This document shows, piece by piece, positions 49,530-62,859 of a DNA stretch of 64,000 nucleotides. The number at the start of each line of letters is the position of its first letter. The stretch's first letter is position 1. The stretch comes from Rhynchobatus australiae (taxonomy: Eukaryota). Both the position numbers and the translations under genes were made by a program. The notes below the pieces were generated by a model. It was not told the origin of the DNA, did not search any database, and saw only the letters and a program-made list of their open reading frames with translations. The stretch covers positions 13,405,324 to 13,469,323 of the forward strand of contig JAUZTB010000075.1 in assembly GCA_034780895.1 (NCBI GenBank), in the 5' to 3' direction.

Positions 49530-51400
49530 ATTCAGACAATTTACAGCATTGATAGAGACACAAGATAACAACACAGAGTTGCACACACCAGGCAGGATGG
49601 GCATTGCACAACAGAACCCCCTGCACCACCCAAACTCCAGAACATAACATCACTGTGCACAGGGCGATTATTGGACAGAACAATCAACCAAGAAGTCTCA
49701 GACCACAACGAGACAGCTTAAGCCCAGAAACGAAGCAATCACTGATATTGATCTGGACAACCTGACTGAGCCAAGACACAAGAGACTAACTGAAGCCAGG
49801 ACACCAAATGATAACAATGTAGTACAACCAAGCCCAGAACAGAGCAGCAGAATGATGAACTGGTCGACCTGCTGCCTCACACCTCCAGTGACCTGGGTTT
49901 GTTTCTGACCTCTGATGCTGCCCGTGTGGAATATCGAATGTTCTGTGACCTAGAGGGTTTCCTCCAACATCCCAAAGACGTGCAGTTGATGGGTTAATTG
50001 GCTGTTATAAACTGCACCTAGTGTGTAGGTGAGTGGTAGAATGAGGAGAGTTGATGGAAATGTGGAAAATAAAGGATTAGGGCAAAAAGGTGCTTGATGG
50101 TCAGTGAGGACCCAGTACGACTGCACTATTCAAACAGGGCACCAGTCAATAATGAGACAGGTTCTCTGAGCCCAGGACCCCAGACAACATCAATAAGCCA
50201 CAAGGCAATAACAGGCCAACTAACCAAGGACCTGACACAGGCTAATTTATTATAAGGGCATGGGCTAACCTAGGACCCCAGGCAATAACAAGAGAGACAT
50301 GAGCTTCAACTTCTGGGCAATAATGAGATAGGATAAGCAAGCCCAGGATTCCACACATCAACAGGACAGAAAACAACGTCCACCCACCAGGCAATAACTA
50401 GAAAAGCAAACTTAACCAAGTAACTAGGTAATAAGAGGACAGTATGTTGGAGCTCAGGACCTCAGACAGTAAAGGGACCATCTCACTGAGCACAGGGTGC
50501 CATTACCTGGGATACTGGGATAAGTTAACTATTGAACAATAATGTGACAGGCCAATTTAGCCCCAAGACCCCCGATGATAAACAGGGCCATCTCCCCAAG
50601 CTCAAAGATAACGTCAGAGTCAGGTGAGAGGCTAACCAAGCCCACAATGATAACAAACAGGTAAACCAAAGCCTGGGCAAGAAGAAAAAGCAGTGGGCTG
50701 GCTAACTGAGCCCAAAGCACCTGACGATAATGGGAGAGGCTTACCAGCCTCCAGCAATGGTGGGACAGTCTACCTGGGTCTAGGGCTCCAGACAATAATG
50801 GAACAAGATAACCAGGCACTGGGCAATAATGGGACGGACTAACAAAGCTCTAGACCCTGGTTAATATTGGAACTGGTTAACCAAAGCCAGGGCACCAGAA
50901 AACAGCAGGATAGGCAACCTGCATGCAGAGCACAAAATAATAACAGGGCAAGCTAACCCCAGCCAACCAACCTCCAGACAACAGTAACCTTGCCAAAGAA
51001 ACCAGGAGACCAGACATTAATGGAACACGGCAAGCTGACCAGGCAAACAGGTAATAATGCAAAAGGTTAACTGAGCCTGGGAGACTAGAGAACAACAGGA
51101 CAGGCTTCCCAAATTCCAGATACCAGGCACTAACAGAACCATCTCACTGAATTCAGGGTACCACACACTATCAGAACAATCTAACCGAATCAAACTAATG
51201 GGGCTGGCTGTGCTCGGATATGAGGCAATACAGGGCAAACGAACCATGCCTTGTGCACAACCAAGGCAGGATAACCAAACCCAGGACCTCAAACGATATT
51301 AGTGGAAACTAACCCAGCTCAATCCGAACTCTGGCAACGTAATGGCTTGCAAACCAGAGGCTGAACTAACAACCCATTAATGCAATTTTAACCACCGATG
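49530..51400. repeat. Degenerate minisatellite, about 38-bp unit (approx. CAATAATGGGACAGGCTAACTGAGCCCAGGACCCCAGA), interrupted by a V-SINE at about 49845-50118
   Basis: Recurring AATAA/ATAAC...CAGG..AACC/AACTGAGCC..GG motifs; T-poor + strand. Confidence 0.75.
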
Positions 51401-52054
51401 AATACCTGGGATCACTCTTGATATACTAATCATGAAGCTCAAAGCAATCAAATCATCCTAAAGTTTTGCAAACTTGAGGAAGAAAAATATTTGAAAAATC
51501 AAAAGTGTGTTGAATTTTAAAGCCAAGCCCAGGTGGCCAGTGTATGATGGTTACCACAGGGTTACTGGCACCAGTGAACAGCTGGAGGGAATGGGATAGA
51601 GTTCTTTGGATTCATTTCCATTAAATGCAACAATGCTGATCATTCATCAGTTCAGCTACAATGATACCTGGTGCTGAAGTCCACTTACTCAAATTATTGC
51701 TTCTAAAAAAGTTGGCTTGAACAGCAACATTTTACAAAAACAAAATCAATATTTCACCAGGATTCAGTTTATTCCTTATGGCACACACACTAATGGAAAT
51801 TAACTGCTTGCATTAGAATAATGAAAACAGCAAAGTTCAGATGCTAAATTTAAATGTATTATTCTTCAGAACTAATTATTTCCTGCAATGACAAGCTTCA
51901 CAACAAATGTAATGCATTAGGGAGATGTTTAAAATACTTCTTAAACCAGTGGCAGTTAGTACAGATGCCAGTCATTGCTCCCTGATTGACAATTATTGGG
52001 AGCTTTAATCATAAACTAATCCATGCCACATCTGCCCTGTGAATACAAATGGAA

Positions 52055-52325
52055 CATCATGGATGAATTTTTACTCTACATCTAATCCATGCAGTACTAG
52101 ACCTGAGAACATTGGATGGGAAAGTTTGTAGTGTGAGTTGGAGCCGCACTTTAATCGGGCTGGAAATATCTGATAAAACACCATAAAGTTTTACTTTCAT
52201 CTAATCTGTGTCTGACAATTCAGGGAATGTCTGAGGGAAGAGTGTAAAGGAGTTTTACTCCATGCAGTACCTGCCCTGAAAATATTTGCTGTGGTGTAGT
52301 GATAGCTTTATCTTTTATCTTCAAC
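52055..52325. repeat. Short decayed tandem repeat (TTTTACTCT.CATCTAATCC.TGC.GTAC...), 3-4 copies
   Basis: Motif recurs near 52068, 52188, 52252 and 52303. Confidence 0.55.
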
Positions 52326-52847
52326 TGATACATATCCTCAGCAACATTTGATCCAGATATGATGGAGGAAGGGTTCTTCTGCACATTACAGCAGAGACAC
52401 TGATACCCAGATACTGTTCTGATCTCAAATTGCAATTAAGGCTGCAGCGCATTCACTGGATGAGGATTCTCAGCTTTCGCAATTCCAATTTAACTCCACC
52501 TTAAAACACTGAAGTTAAAGAACAAAAGCTTCTAATGAAGATTAGCATCTGAATCATTGCTCGTTCATTTTGCATAGATAACTGAATTATGCACTTTTGT
52601 TTTTATTTGCATTTTCTAAAAAATTCTGCTCTCAGAACTTACTTTTGTAACTCCAGTGAATGCTGGTGACCTGGATCTCCTGAGTTGGGATGTATTGTTC
52701 CACAAACTTCTTGCCTTGCAGTCTGTGCCATAGTGTTGTCTTTCCTGTATTTCTATCACCTCGAATCAATATCTTCACTAGAAAAGAAAGCCAGAACCAT
52801 TAGCTAGTTTGTTAACACAATTTTAATTTCCCAGTTACCACATCAAA

Positions 52848-53952
52848 GAGTCATACAGCTCAGAAACTGGTCCTTCTGTCCAACTTGAACATGTCACCCA
52901 AGGGACCTAACTGAGCCAGCCCCATTTGGCCCATCTCTCTACAAACCTTCCCCATCCATGTACCCATCCAAATGCCTTTTAAGCACTGTAACTGTACCCA
53001 CCTCTCCCACTTCCTCTGGCAGCTTGTTCCATATGCCCACCACCCTCCATGTGGAAAAACTTGCCCTTCAGGACTCTTTAAAGCTTTCCCCCATCACCCT
53101 CAACCTCTGCCCTCTAGTTTTCAACTCCCCTTATCTATGCCCCTCATAATTTTATAAACCTCTACAGGGTCACATCTCAGCCTCCTACACTCCAGGGGAA
53201 ACAGTACCCAGTCTATTCAGTCTCACCTTAGAAATCAAGCCCACCAGTCCTGGCAGCATCCTTGCAAATCTTTTCTGCGTCTTCTTTAGCTTAATTACAT
53301 CTTTCCTATATAATGGCAATCAGAACTTCATACGATATTCCAGGTGCGGTTTCACCAACATCTTATACAGCTGTACCCTGACGTCCTAACTCTACTTACT
53401 CAGTGTCCTCATTGATGAAGGCAAGTGTGCCGTACACCTTCTTCAACACCTGGTCTCCCTGTGTTGCCATTTTCAGAGAATGATGTATTGTATCCCAAGA
53501 GCTCTCTCTCTGCTACAACACTCCCCAGGCCCTGCCATTCACTGTACATTTCCCAGTCTGGTTTAACTTCCCAAAACACATCCATTCACGCTTGTCCAAG
53601 TTAAATTCCATCTGCCATCCCCTTGTCCACTGCCCCAGTTGTCCAAATCACATGAAAACTTTGGCCAACCTTCTCACGGACCACTACACACCCAATTTTG
53701 GTGCCATCCACAAACTTAATCATGCCAGCTACATTCTCATCCAGATCATTAATACACATGACAAAGAACAATGAATCCAGCACTGATCCCTGTGGCACTG
53801 CTGGTCACAGGCCTCCAATCCAAAAAACAGCCCTCCACTCCCACCAGGCCAGTCTTAAATCCAATTGGCTAGCTCATCCTGGATCCCAGGTGATCTAATC
53901 TTGTAGACCAGCCTACCGTGCGGGACCTTGTCAATGGCCTTGCTGAAGTCCA
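52848..53952 (-). mobile_element. CR1 LINE fragment including RT core
   Basis: Minus-strand PQGSVLDSLFFVMCINDLDENVAGMIKFVDGTKIG; CR1 tail near 52850. Confidence 0.9.
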
Positions 53953-54189
53953 TCAAGTTTATGACAGCCTTACTTTCCTTCTCTGCTCCAAGGCAAATCA
54001 TCATGTACACTTCTGCCTAATGGCAGGTGACGGAACATGAACAAACAAGCTCACACTGTTGGTGAAGGAGGCAATGGGGGAGTGCAAGTGGTGGTGGAAG
54101 AGATCAGAGTAATGAGAAGTGCAAAGGGAATGAGTGGAGAGGTGGAAGATGGGGATAGGGAAGTAACAGAGAAAAGTGCACAACAATGC

Positions 54190-55920
54190 AGTACAGTAGT
54201 TATGTGAACAAGAGCTCCCATGTATAATACAAGGCTACACCACAGGTGGGTACAGATATGTCCTTTTATAACATTAGTGTAGCACTGGTGAGTACAGTTC
54301 TGTCTCTCTGCAATACAAGTCCTATATTGCTGGATACAACAAATTTTAAGTCATCTAAGTCAGTGATAATAAACCCAATTCTGATCCATACAGCGCTAGG
54401 GTAAAGGTGGGTACAGATTTGTATCTCTAGAACATTGATGCCAAGGCTAGTATATGTTTAACCTCTCCGCTGGGAGCAGGTTTATCCCAATGCAATGCTG
54501 GTGACAAACTTGCAAATGTAGATTAATGTGGGAAGGTGAGGGGTACTGCACTTTGGCAAGAGGAATCTGAAGGCATACTATTATCTAAATGGAGAAAGAT
54601 TAGAAATAAGCAGTAGAGGGATCTAAGTGTTCCCATGCACAAATCCCAAAAAGTTAGTGGGCAGGTGCAGCAAGTGGTTCAGAAGTTAAATGGCACATTG
54701 GCATTTATCACAAGAGATTTGGAGTTTAGAAACAGGGAAGTGATGTTACAATTGTACAGGATACTGGCGAGACCACAGCTGTCCCTTTATTTGAGGAAGG
54801 AGATACAGGCATTAGAGGCAGTATAAAAGGTATTCACTATGCTAATTCTCAGGATGAAAGAGTTATTCTTTTATGAGAAACTAAAGAAATTAGATCTGTA
54901 TTCTTCATTGATTAGAAGAATGTCAAAGATCTTACTGAAATAGAAAAGATGTGACAGGGTGGATGTTGAGATGTTTCACAAGTGGGAGAATCTGGAATGA
55001 GATTAGGGGCCGGTCACTTATAGAACATAACAGCACAGTATAAGCCCTTCAGCTCACAATATTGTGACGACATTTTATCCTGCTCTAAGATCTAGCTAAC
55101 CCTTCCCTCCCATGTAGCCCTCCATAAAACTGAGGTGTACAGGAACTTCTTGCTGAGGGCTGTGATTCACTAGAATTCTCTACCCCAGAGGCTTGTGGAA
55201 CCTAGATCATTGAGGGTACTTAAAGAGGAAGAGTATTCCTTTATGACACTGGGTTACAGTAGTGGTGCGTACAACTGTTACTGTGTAACACTGGGGTAGT
55301 GCAATGGTGTGTGCAGCCTGTGTCACTGTAGAACACTAGGATACTGTATTGTTGGGTACAGCTGTGTCATACGTAACTCTGGGGTAAAATAGTAATGGAT
55401 TCAGCCTGTGTCATTATATAACACAGCAATTAGAGTACTGGTAGATACAGCCCTGCCACTGTATAATACAGGGGAATAGTGCAAGTCTGTAGGGCACTAA
55501 ATTGTGAGAAGGAGGAACAAATCCCCAGGGAATAAAAAAAAATGCAGGAAATGTAGGATGCTGATATTCAGGTTTGAATTACACCAATACTGACTGGAAC
55601 AAAGCTAGGGTCAAGGGCAGAGAAGTGGAGGACTCTTGTTGCACCAGTCGTGATGGGGATAGGTCAGTCTAAGCATAACACTGCGTTACAGTGCTCGATG
55701 GGACAGGTCCACTGCTGCATGAAACCTGGATATAGGTTAGCCTCCACATAACACTAGGGAAGGGATATCTCTCTGTGTAACACTGCAGGTACCTGTGTGT
55801 CATTGTACAACACTGGGGTGCAGTTCCAGCAGGCATGGTGTCTATTCCTGTAGTACACTGGCTTGCAGTACCAATGGGTACAGGTCTATCTCCATATAAC
55901 TCTATATAACTCTGTATAAC
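54190..55920. repeat. Degenerate minisatellite of about 42 bp (approx. CACTGGGGTACAGTACTGGTGGGTACAGGTCTGTCACTGTATAA), split by a CR1 insertion
   Basis: Blocks at about 54190-54510, 55240-55480 and 55670-55920 share GGGTACAG, TGTCACTGTA and TAACACTGGG. Confidence 0.7.
54520..55230 (+). mobile_element. CR1 LINE fragment containing a nested antisense 100-bp CR1 tail (about 55020-55125)
   Basis: KLNGTLAFITRDLEFRNREVMLQLYRILARPQL; the nested piece matches the reverse complement of 44055-44177. Confidence 0.8.
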
Positions 55921-55921
55921 T

Positions 55922-56453
55922 CGGCTTGGTACGGCAACTGCTCTGCCCAGGACCGCAGGAAGCTGCAGAGATTTGTGGACACAGCCCAGCACATGACAGA
56001 CACCGGCCTCCCCTCCTTGGACTCTTTACCTCTCATTGTCTTGGTGTAGCAGCCAGCATAATCAAAGAACCCACCCACCCTGGACATTCTCTCTCCTCTC
56101 CTATCGGGTAGAAGATACAGGAGCCTGAGGGCACATACCACCAGACTTAAGGACAGCTTCTACCCCACTATGATAAGACTATTGAACGGTTCCCCTATTC
56201 AATGAGATGGACTATGACCTCACGATCTACCTTGTTGTGACCTTGCACCTTATTGCACTGTACTTTCTCTGTAGCTGGGACATCTTATACTGTTATTGAT
56301 TTTTTTTAACCTGTACTACATCAATGCACTCTGTCCTATCTCAGTGTAACTGCACTGTGTAATGAATTGACCTGTCTGATCGGTTTGTAAGACAAGCTTT
56401 TCACTGTACCTCGGTACAAGTGACAATAATAAAACAATACCAATACCAATACC
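55922..56453 (+). mobile_element. Rex1/Babar-like LINE 3' fragment
   Basis: WYGNCSAQDRRKLQRFVDTAQH...SIIKEPTHPGH...SGRRYRSLRAHTTRLKDSFYPTMIRLLN (frameshifted); (ATACCA)n tail. Confidence 0.85.
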
Positions 56454-57049
56454 ATTCATGTATACATTTGTCCATTTTTAAATGTGTGTGTCTGTATATG
56501 CATGAACAAGCTCACCTGTGTATCCAAGTACTTGTATTTGAATATTTGCTTGTTGGCATTAGCCACGTGCTGATGCATGAATTCATACTAGTGTGTCCTT
56601 GAGATGAAAATTCGTCTTGAGTAATTACTACAACCAAATGCATGCTATTATAGGCTGGCAGCTGCCTGGCTCTCAACCACGCTGATGTCAGTAGAACTAG
56701 CTTCAAACATGTCATTTTGCAGAATTATTAACATTTAGATACACCTAAAATCTATAAACAGCCATTGGAAAGAAGCTATTTGGTGACTTAGTTGGTAAAT
56801 GCAGATTCCTGCAAGCAGAATCCAGTCTCCTTCCAGGTCTGGGATGAGCTGACGTATCATTGACTTGTTGCTTGCTATCAGGAAACAACACGTACAGTAT
56901 ACTTGGGCTCTGAAAAATGCAACTGTTTCATAAGTTCACTACGTGGAACCCAATGGTCAATTCTGTTTGAAACAAACTTGCGAGCATGATAACTGTGCTT
57001 ATTGTTTTTTGACATCTTCCTGTACAACCACAGGATATATGCAACCTAT

Positions 57050-57900
57050 GGAACTGCAGACGCTAGAAACCTAAAACAAAGCAGAAAATGGTGGAAATGC
57101 TCAGCAGGTCAGGCAGCCTCAGTGGGGCAGGAAACAAGCGTCAACATTCCTTGGTCAAGGACAATTCATCAGAACTGGAAAAGTGAGAAAACGAGCACGT
57201 TATAAATTGCAGAGGGAAGCAAAGTGAATGCGAAAGGTGGAGACCAAAGATGTCAAGGTAACGACGACTTTAAAAAAATGACAGCTGGAGACAGAAAACG
57301 AAACAAATTGAAACAGAAAGTACAATATACCCTTTTACTTCTTCTCTTCCCACCATCCAGAACCCCTAGGTGGAAGAGTAATTTGCTTGTAGTTCTTTTA
57401 ATTCAGAATACTGCATTTGCAGTCGACAATGTAGTCTCCTCCATACTGAGATGTGGTGACCACTTTGTGGAATATCTTTATCAGGCTGCAAGTTTCCAAT
57501 GGACTGTCACCTTAATTCTTCACCTCACTCCTGATCTACCATGTCTGTCCTCGCAATCTTACTCTGCTCCGATGAAGCCCAAACAACAGCACCTCATCTT
57601 TCAACTTAGCACATTCCAACCTTCTGGACTTAAAAGTGAGTTTAAAAAAAATCAGATAATAACTCATATTCCCAGTTCCACATTTTGTTTCTTTGCTTGC
57701 TTTATTTGAATCCACTTTTGTATTGCACTATTGACCTTGGTCATACCATCTCTCTTCAATCCACACCCTCTCAGACTTTTCCTTTTGTTTGATTCCCATA
57801 CGTATTCTCCGTATTTTAAAATTTGACTTCAAACTTCTCCACTTCAGATGAAAATTTTCGACAGGCTGAGTTATTCCACCATTTTCATCTCTTTATTTCA
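57050..57900 (+). mobile_element. Penelope-like remnant with inverted terminal repeat
   Basis: QHLIFQLSTFQPSGLKSEF endonuclease C-terminus; 5' CTGCAGACGCT...CTCAGCAGGTCAGGCAGC arm. Confidence 0.65.
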
Positions 57901-58094
57901 TTGCTGTGTGAATTGAACCATGATGGACCCCGGGAGACAGACTGCTCACCAGCTAGACTTACTGATGAAGGGAAGCACCTTCTTGACCACGGTCAGGGGT
58001 AGCACGTCGTGTAACTTGTATTGGTTTGGCAAGTGTGTAATGCCAGCCTGTTCCCATGAGGTAGTCGGGAATGTAAATCACGAAGAGGACATAA

Positions 58095-58862
58095 AGAGGC
58101 AATAAAGGGATATAGACGGGTTAAGTGGATAGGCATAGATCTGCCAAATGAAGTTTAATGTGGGAATGTTGAGCATTAGCTGAGCTCCAAAATACAGAGG
58201 TATCTGGATATCCTAACACATGATTTGCAAAAGGTAAGTGTGCAAGTACAGCAAGTAATTCAAAAATCTCTTATATAGGGCACTGGTGGGACCACATCTG
58301 GAGAACCGAGTTCATTATTGATCTTCATATTGAAGGAAGGATGTAACTGTGTTGGAATCTGTTCAGGAAAGGGTTATTTGACTCCAACCCAGAATGGGTG
58401 GGATGTCTTATGAGGAAAGACCAGATAGGCTGCCTCTCACTCTTGCAAATTCTATTAGATGCAGCTACTGGAATTTAGAAGAGTGAGAGGCAACTTGATT
58501 GAAACATAAAATCCTAAGGGATCTTGATGGGATGGGTGAGGGGATGATACTTCCTGTTTTTGGAGAATCTTAACCTCGGGATGACTTTAAAACTAAGGTA
58601 TCACCCATTTAAGACAGAGATGAGGTGAATTTCTTTTCTCTCAGAGGTTCGTGAATCTGTGGAACTCTCTTCCTTAAAAGGCAGTAGAGGCAGAGTCTTT
58701 CAATACTTTTAAGAGATACATAAGTACTTGATCAGCAAAGGGAAGGGGGTTACTGGGGGCAATGGGAATGCAGAGGGTACAGTCAGATCACACATGTTCT
58801 TATTGATTGTCAAAGCAGGCTTGAGAGGCCGAGTGCTCTGCTCCTGGTCCTAATTTATATGT
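58095..58862 (+). mobile_element. CR1 LINE 3' fragment
   Basis: YRALVGPHLE; RRVRGNLIET; GTGAATCTGTGGAACTCTCT; CR1-like tail. Confidence 0.8.
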
Positions 58863-61284
58863 ACTAAAAGGTACTATTTATGTGTTAAAAGAGCAATAAT
58901 AAACACCAGTGCTGAATCCTGCTCCTCATGTTGATGCAACATACAGAGTCAAATTAAAAACAAAAAATGCTGGAAGCACTCAGCAGGTAGGGCAGCAAAT
59001 GTGGAAAGAGAAGCAGAGTGTTTCCAGCACTTTATGATTTCATTTCAGATTTCCAGCATCTGTAGATTTTTGATCTTCATTCAACATAGTGGGTCAATGA
59101 TCATGAAGTGGGAAGAAGGAGGGATGAAGGAATTATTTGTAAGTTTTTGGGAAGACACTAGAGGACCACTGAATCATATTGGCCGACTTGGCAGCATGGG
59201 AAAATGGACACTATTCTCACTGTGCTATTATAGTTGTAGTTTAACACTGCAGTGTTATCGTGAACCCACATCCTGTGACAGGAATCAGCCAATCAACGTT
59301 TGCACTGTTTACTGAGATCTGCAAACAACATGACTCAAATCAACTGTTCCTCAGCAATGTTACAAAATCACTTTTAGAAAACCATCTGGATTTTAGTGAT
59401 ATGAGTCACATACATGCATGTTCATTGACTGCCTGGTGTATATTGTACAATGCATTCATCCAAGAATCATACTTAATCTCTTCTGACCAAAACATTGCTG
59501 ACAATAATGCACTTTGAAATATTTCGTAAAAATTATTTCCATTCATTCTGTATCCCTCTCCAATAATGCAGGCTTTTCAACACTGCCACCTTTTAAATCT
59601 TCTTTGCCCTGGAACATGAACAGCTCCATTTCGCAGTCTTGGGGTATTGGGACACTTCTGTATCTCAATCCTATTAAAATTATATTGACAAATATATTGT
59701 ACACATCAGACAGAGGCAGTACTAACTACATAAATGAAAGACTCTATTGATATTAGCATTAAATAAAGATTAAATAACAATAAAAATACCAGGGTTGACT
59801 CAGTCCATTTAACTCCATGCATTTCATTATTACAGAAGCTACTTTTGCCATTATACTGCTGCAAATAATACCTCGTATTATACTACAATGCCACTGTTTC
59901 GTAAGGAGTACAGTTCACAAGATGAGAAAGACTATTTAACCAATACAGTTTAATCTGTCTGAAAGTAACTAACTTGCCCTTTTGTGAAGGTTGCCCTACT
60001 TTAAGTTTTAGTTCAGGAATGTCAACTTGCACTGCACCCTCACTCCACGTGACTCCCACAACCTAACTGCTGTGCATAACACAGTATCCCTGGTTCTCTC
60101 AGTGCATGAGATGGCATCCATCTCAGGAAGCATAAAGCTGCACCCTGCCATTTGGTTCTGAGTGATCCAGAAACACCCACAGATTGAATGAAGAACTCCA
60201 TGCTCATTTGGAATAGATTCTCTCCCCACATGCTTCATTGCGCCATTTGAAACCAGGCGTCAATGCACCTGGTCCAGGGAGTGAGCAAGATTACACAGAC
60301 TAGTTGCCATTCCTGAAGCCTATCCAGTGATACACAGCTGCACGTCTGTGAAGTTCAGCTCAGGACAGGTTCAGCTGAACTGTGGTCACAGATTCACAGA
60401 GTCATAGAGCTGTACAGCATGGAAACAGGCTCTTCGGCCCAACTCATCCATACCGACCAAGTTGCCTGACTGAGCCGGTCCCAATTGCCTACCTCCCTCC
60501 ATCTCTTTTCTATCCATGTACCTGTGATGTCCCTCATTGTCAAGATATAGGTGAACAGATTGCAGAGATGGGGGTTAGGTGAGGTTGTGGGAGGGATTTA
60601 TATGAGCAAATTTATACAAGATTTTTGAACTGAATTTATTAGGGAGGATGAGCCAGTAGATGTCAGTGAATTTGGGAGTGCCGGACTTTATGGGAGGATG
60701 TGGACAGCAAGATGTATGAAGGAGAGCTTTGCATAGGTTGGTGTCCTATAGAGAGTCAAAGCTGCGAGACCAACTGAGAGGATCTCGGACCGGTTTAGTA
60801 TGGAATGGGTGAGGAGTTTCAGTGATGGGTGTTCATCGAGCTTTATCCCAACTTATTGGGCTGTAACGATAAGCTTTGGCTTGTTTTGCTTTCAAATACA
60901 TGAGTCCAATTCCTTTGGAGCCAAGCCTAGCAACAAGAGTGACAGTATCCCTTCCATTTCCCTGCAAAAATGTCTCTTATTGAGCACAGCAACCCATTAT
61001 GGATAATAGGAAAGAAATCTGACACTACTGGAAATAAGGATGAATTAACTATTAATAATTATGAAAGGTGCTTTGCAATGTGCAATGTTTAACTGGCACA
61101 TAGCACTGGTGCTTGTTAAATCAGAGAAAGTATGTATGTGCTGTACAATGATCCACACACTAATGTTAAGCATATTTTAAAGAGGAATTGTGCCAGCGTT
61201 TGAACTGAATTCTTGCCAACAAATCCTTTTGAAATTAAATTGAATCTCGATCATGAACTTTGCGGAGTGCTATACGATATTATA

Positions 61285-61647
61285 TAGTATGATAGAGGTG
61301 TACAAAATTATGAGGGGACTAGAGAGGTGGACAGTAGGAAATGTTTCCCAGAGCAGAGTTGCCTGTAACCAGAGGGCATGGGTTTAAAGTAAGGGGTAAG
61401 AGGCTTAGAGGCTTAGAGGCAACATAAGGAAGAATTCCTTTCACTCAGAGGGTGGATGGAGTTTGGAGTGCACTACCTGAGGGGATGCTGGGGACAGAGA
61501 TTCTCACAACATTTAAGAAGTATCTGCACAAGTACTTGAATTGCCAAGGTATAGAGGCAACAGACCAAGTGCTGGTAAATGGGATTAGTATTAATGGTTG
61601 CCTGATGATTAGCAAGGACAGATTGTGCTGTATGATGCTATGACTCC
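61285..61647 (+). mobile_element. CR1 LINE 3' fragment
   Basis: IEVYKIMRGL, TRGHGFKV, VWSALPE; tail TGTGCTGTATGATGCTATGACTC. Confidence 0.8.
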
Positions 61648-62795
61648 AGCAACCCATAGTATTTTGGATTGATACAACACAGAAGGGGGCCACTAATGCA
61701 AGCAACAGTACCTTGGTTCTCAATTCATGTAGTATTCATGCATTCATGTGGAGATGCCAAAACACCAGCAGTAAGATGGTGGGCAACAAGAAGCGAAAGG
61801 AGAGTTTATGAGACAGGGACCAAAGTTCTTTATCGTGAGCTGATTTGACAAGTATTGTGAAGACCAAAAGGGTGGAAGAGAAATTTAGGAAGGGAAATAT
61901 AAACAGGAAGACCTCGGTGGATGAAGGATCATAGACATGTAGAGTGAAATAAAGAGGGGTATATGGGGGCATATATAAATGATAAGACAAATGGATTTTG
62001 GTATGATATAGTGAAATATTTAATTCTCTGATTAAAATTGACAGTTCAGCACGTACCATCGCTTCACCAGTAAGAACTACCACACCATCAAACTCAGTAA
62101 ACCCTTGCAAAGGTTGTGAATGCAGAAAGCTCATCTACAGAAGCACCTGAATGATTGAAAAACTGCTGCAGCAAAGTCATTTCATAAGGCAGCTGCCCCA
62201 CATCTTGAGAAACATTAAGTAGGTCACTGATCTGATCCTTCTCTCACCAAATGTCGTGGCAACTAGATCTATTTCCCCAAAAGCTCTTTCACCATATATA
62301 GATGAGATCTCCTTGATATTTTGAAAAAATGGGATATATTTTCATTGTTATAAGCAATTGTCATACTTTTCTCAGAACACTGTGTATCAGAGGAGCACAA
62401 AGACCAATAAACCAACCCCCACTGAGACACAATAACTTTGCTGCATCGCTTAAGTTTTGAAATGCACAGCTAGGTTACAAACTCTCCAGCTAACCCGCTC
62501 AATCAGCTTGCTATCCACAGTTTCCTGGTAATATCTAGATGCATGCCATTTATCGCTAAATCCCACCACTTTCACTCGTGGAATCAGCGTTTGTTGATTC
62601 GTAACTTCTCCCCTTGCCCCCCACAATCTCACAATTGCATCTCATTCATGTAGTCAGATGCACTCACAAGCTGCAATATACAGGGTGAGGGGAATCCCAT
62701 ATCAGGTTCCAAAGCAGTCTCAGTCATGGAATAAAGCAAACTGATAGACAGGAGGAAACAGTAAATTAGTAGATCAGGCTTTTGACTCTCTGTAC

Positions 62796-62859
62796 CTATT
62801 CGTCCAGAATCTGCTTTAAGGTTGAAATCCCAAACATTCCGAGGTAGCTTGAGTGACAT
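62796..62859 (-). CDS. ARHGAP25: ARHGAP25 coding exon 1 (MSLKLPRNVWDFNLKADSGRI)
   Basis: ATG in GACACCATGT context (A at -3); donor ATAG|GTACAG; 64 nt, ends phase 1. Confidence 0.93.

Larger units (their letters stand above)
2540..62859 (-). other. ARHGAP25: ARHGAP25 gene span (start to stop codon), 11 coding exons, about 657 aa Rac-type RhoGAP with PH, RhoGAP and coiled-coil regions
   Basis: N-terminus MSLKLPRNVWDFNLK and motifs AVFGQRL..T.AYEQKFG.HLVPI, EEGIFRLPGQDNLVK, RKRTQTLP, STYDN and ENY.VWAKVVRLN match vertebrate ARHGAP25 as I recall it, rather than ARHGAP22/24. Exon lengths 64+194+88+129+208+133+74+122+185+575+202 = 1974 nt, open frame. Confidence 0.95.

Noticed and set aside
48339-51292. 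Pro/Ser-rich and hydrophobic minus-strand ORFs resembling membrane proteins
   Set aside because: They arise from the compositional skew of a Penelope remnant and the minisatellite
2540-62859. Assignment to ARHGAP24 or ARHGAP22
   Set aside because: The MSLKLPRN.WDFNLK start, GQDNLVK and ENY.VWAKVVRLN motifs fit ARHGAP25 better; a protein phylogeny would confirm
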